A stretch of 64,000 nt of DNA from Octopus bimaculoides (lineage: Eukaryota). A program made the position numbers and the translations under genes. The notes beneath the pieces were generated by a model that was given only the letters and a program-made list of their open reading frames with translations, was not told the DNA's origin and made no database searches. Within the stretch, counting starts at the first letter, position 1; each line of letters begins with the position of its first letter. The DNA lies in the NCBI RefSeq assembly GCF_001194135.2, contig NC_068983.1:99211079-99275078 (forward strand). Reading direction: 5' to 3'. Positions 63,268 through 64,000 of the stretch are shown here, one piece after another.

Positions 63268-64000
63268 CAGGGGTTGAACAAAATAATGGAAACACCTAGT
63301 ATCATAGCATCATAATTTTGAAATATTTATAAAACCGTCAAAAGCTTCTTTATTTTTATGTTTTTGATTTATTATTAGTGTTGCTTAATATGTTTTGCTA
63401 AAATTGCTGTTTCTTTTCAGAGATCATCAGAAAAAGGTAATTAAAATTCATTAAAATGATAGATCTATTGGACTTTCAATGAGGTCAAACTGTTGGTGCT
63501 TGTATGGTAGGTGCTAGCGTAATGAAAGCAGCTGAAATATTTGGTGTATCAAGAAGTACTCTCTTGATAGTAATGACAGCCTTTGAGAAAGAGGGGAAAA
63601 ACCTCCTTGTCGAAACAAAGCTCCAGAAGAAAACCAAAACTTTCAGATAGGGACCGTCATACTCTTACACGAATTGAAAGGATCACAAAAGTACAGCTCC
63701 CAAAATTACTGCAGAGCTTAATGACCACCTTGAGAATCCAGTTTCCACAAAAATTGTTCGCCGGGAGCTGCACAAAGCTGGATTTCATGGAAAGGCTGCA
63801 ATCACAAAATCACTACTTTCAAAAACAAACATTGCAAAGCATTTGGAGTGGAGTAAAGACCTACAGAATCGGTCCCTAGAGCAGTGGAAGAATGTTATTT
63901 TCTTGGACAAGTCATCCTTTACCTTATTTTCAACCACTGGCTGAGTATAGGTATGGAGCCAGCCAAAAGAAGCATTTGATCCAGATTACCTTCTTCAAAC
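63268..64000 (+). mobile_element. Tc1/mariner transposon, 5' part (runs off the window); transposase pseudogene from ATG 63456
   Basis: TA|CAGGGGTTGAACAAAATAATGGAAACAC terminus; AAEIFGVSRST, RRKPKLSDRDR, STAPKITAEL..VSTKIVRRELHKAGFHG, EQWKNVIFLDKSSF (cf. W..V.FSDES.F); stops and frameshifts. Confidence 0.92.

Overview
Strongly AT-rich, microsatellite-dense eukaryotic DNA from a draft assembly with nine N gaps. The SINE families, RTE-LINE remnants and (TA)n/(CA)n density resemble octopus (coleoid cephalopod) DNA; this is an inference, not a database match. No intact, recognisable host protein-coding gene or RNA gene could be supported. The window is mostly intronic or intergenic transposon debris: several tRNA-derived SINE families, decayed RTE, L2/CR1-like and L1-like reverse transcriptase fragments, a Helitron PIF1-helicase fragment, a hAT fragment, a TIR-bounded pogo/Tigger element, the 5' part of a Tc1 element, and two TTAA-targeting (piggyBac-type) MITE families. 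A short chain of phase-compatible + strand exons at 20.2-21.1 kb may be the start of a real gene (low confidence). The most notable structures are: three unrelated long fold-back hairpins (35.4, 51.5, 60.3 kb); reciprocal nesting of two MITE families (8.3 and 40.4 kb); a tandem duplication whose junction holds two templated inserts copied from downstream (21.5-22.1 kb); a canonical intron inside the pogo transposase; repeated DNA-transposon insertion into the internal microsatellite of one SINE family; and a decapeptide-like 30-bp minisatellite (24.0-24.3 kb). Repeat boundaries are manual estimates unless TIR/TSD coordinates are given.
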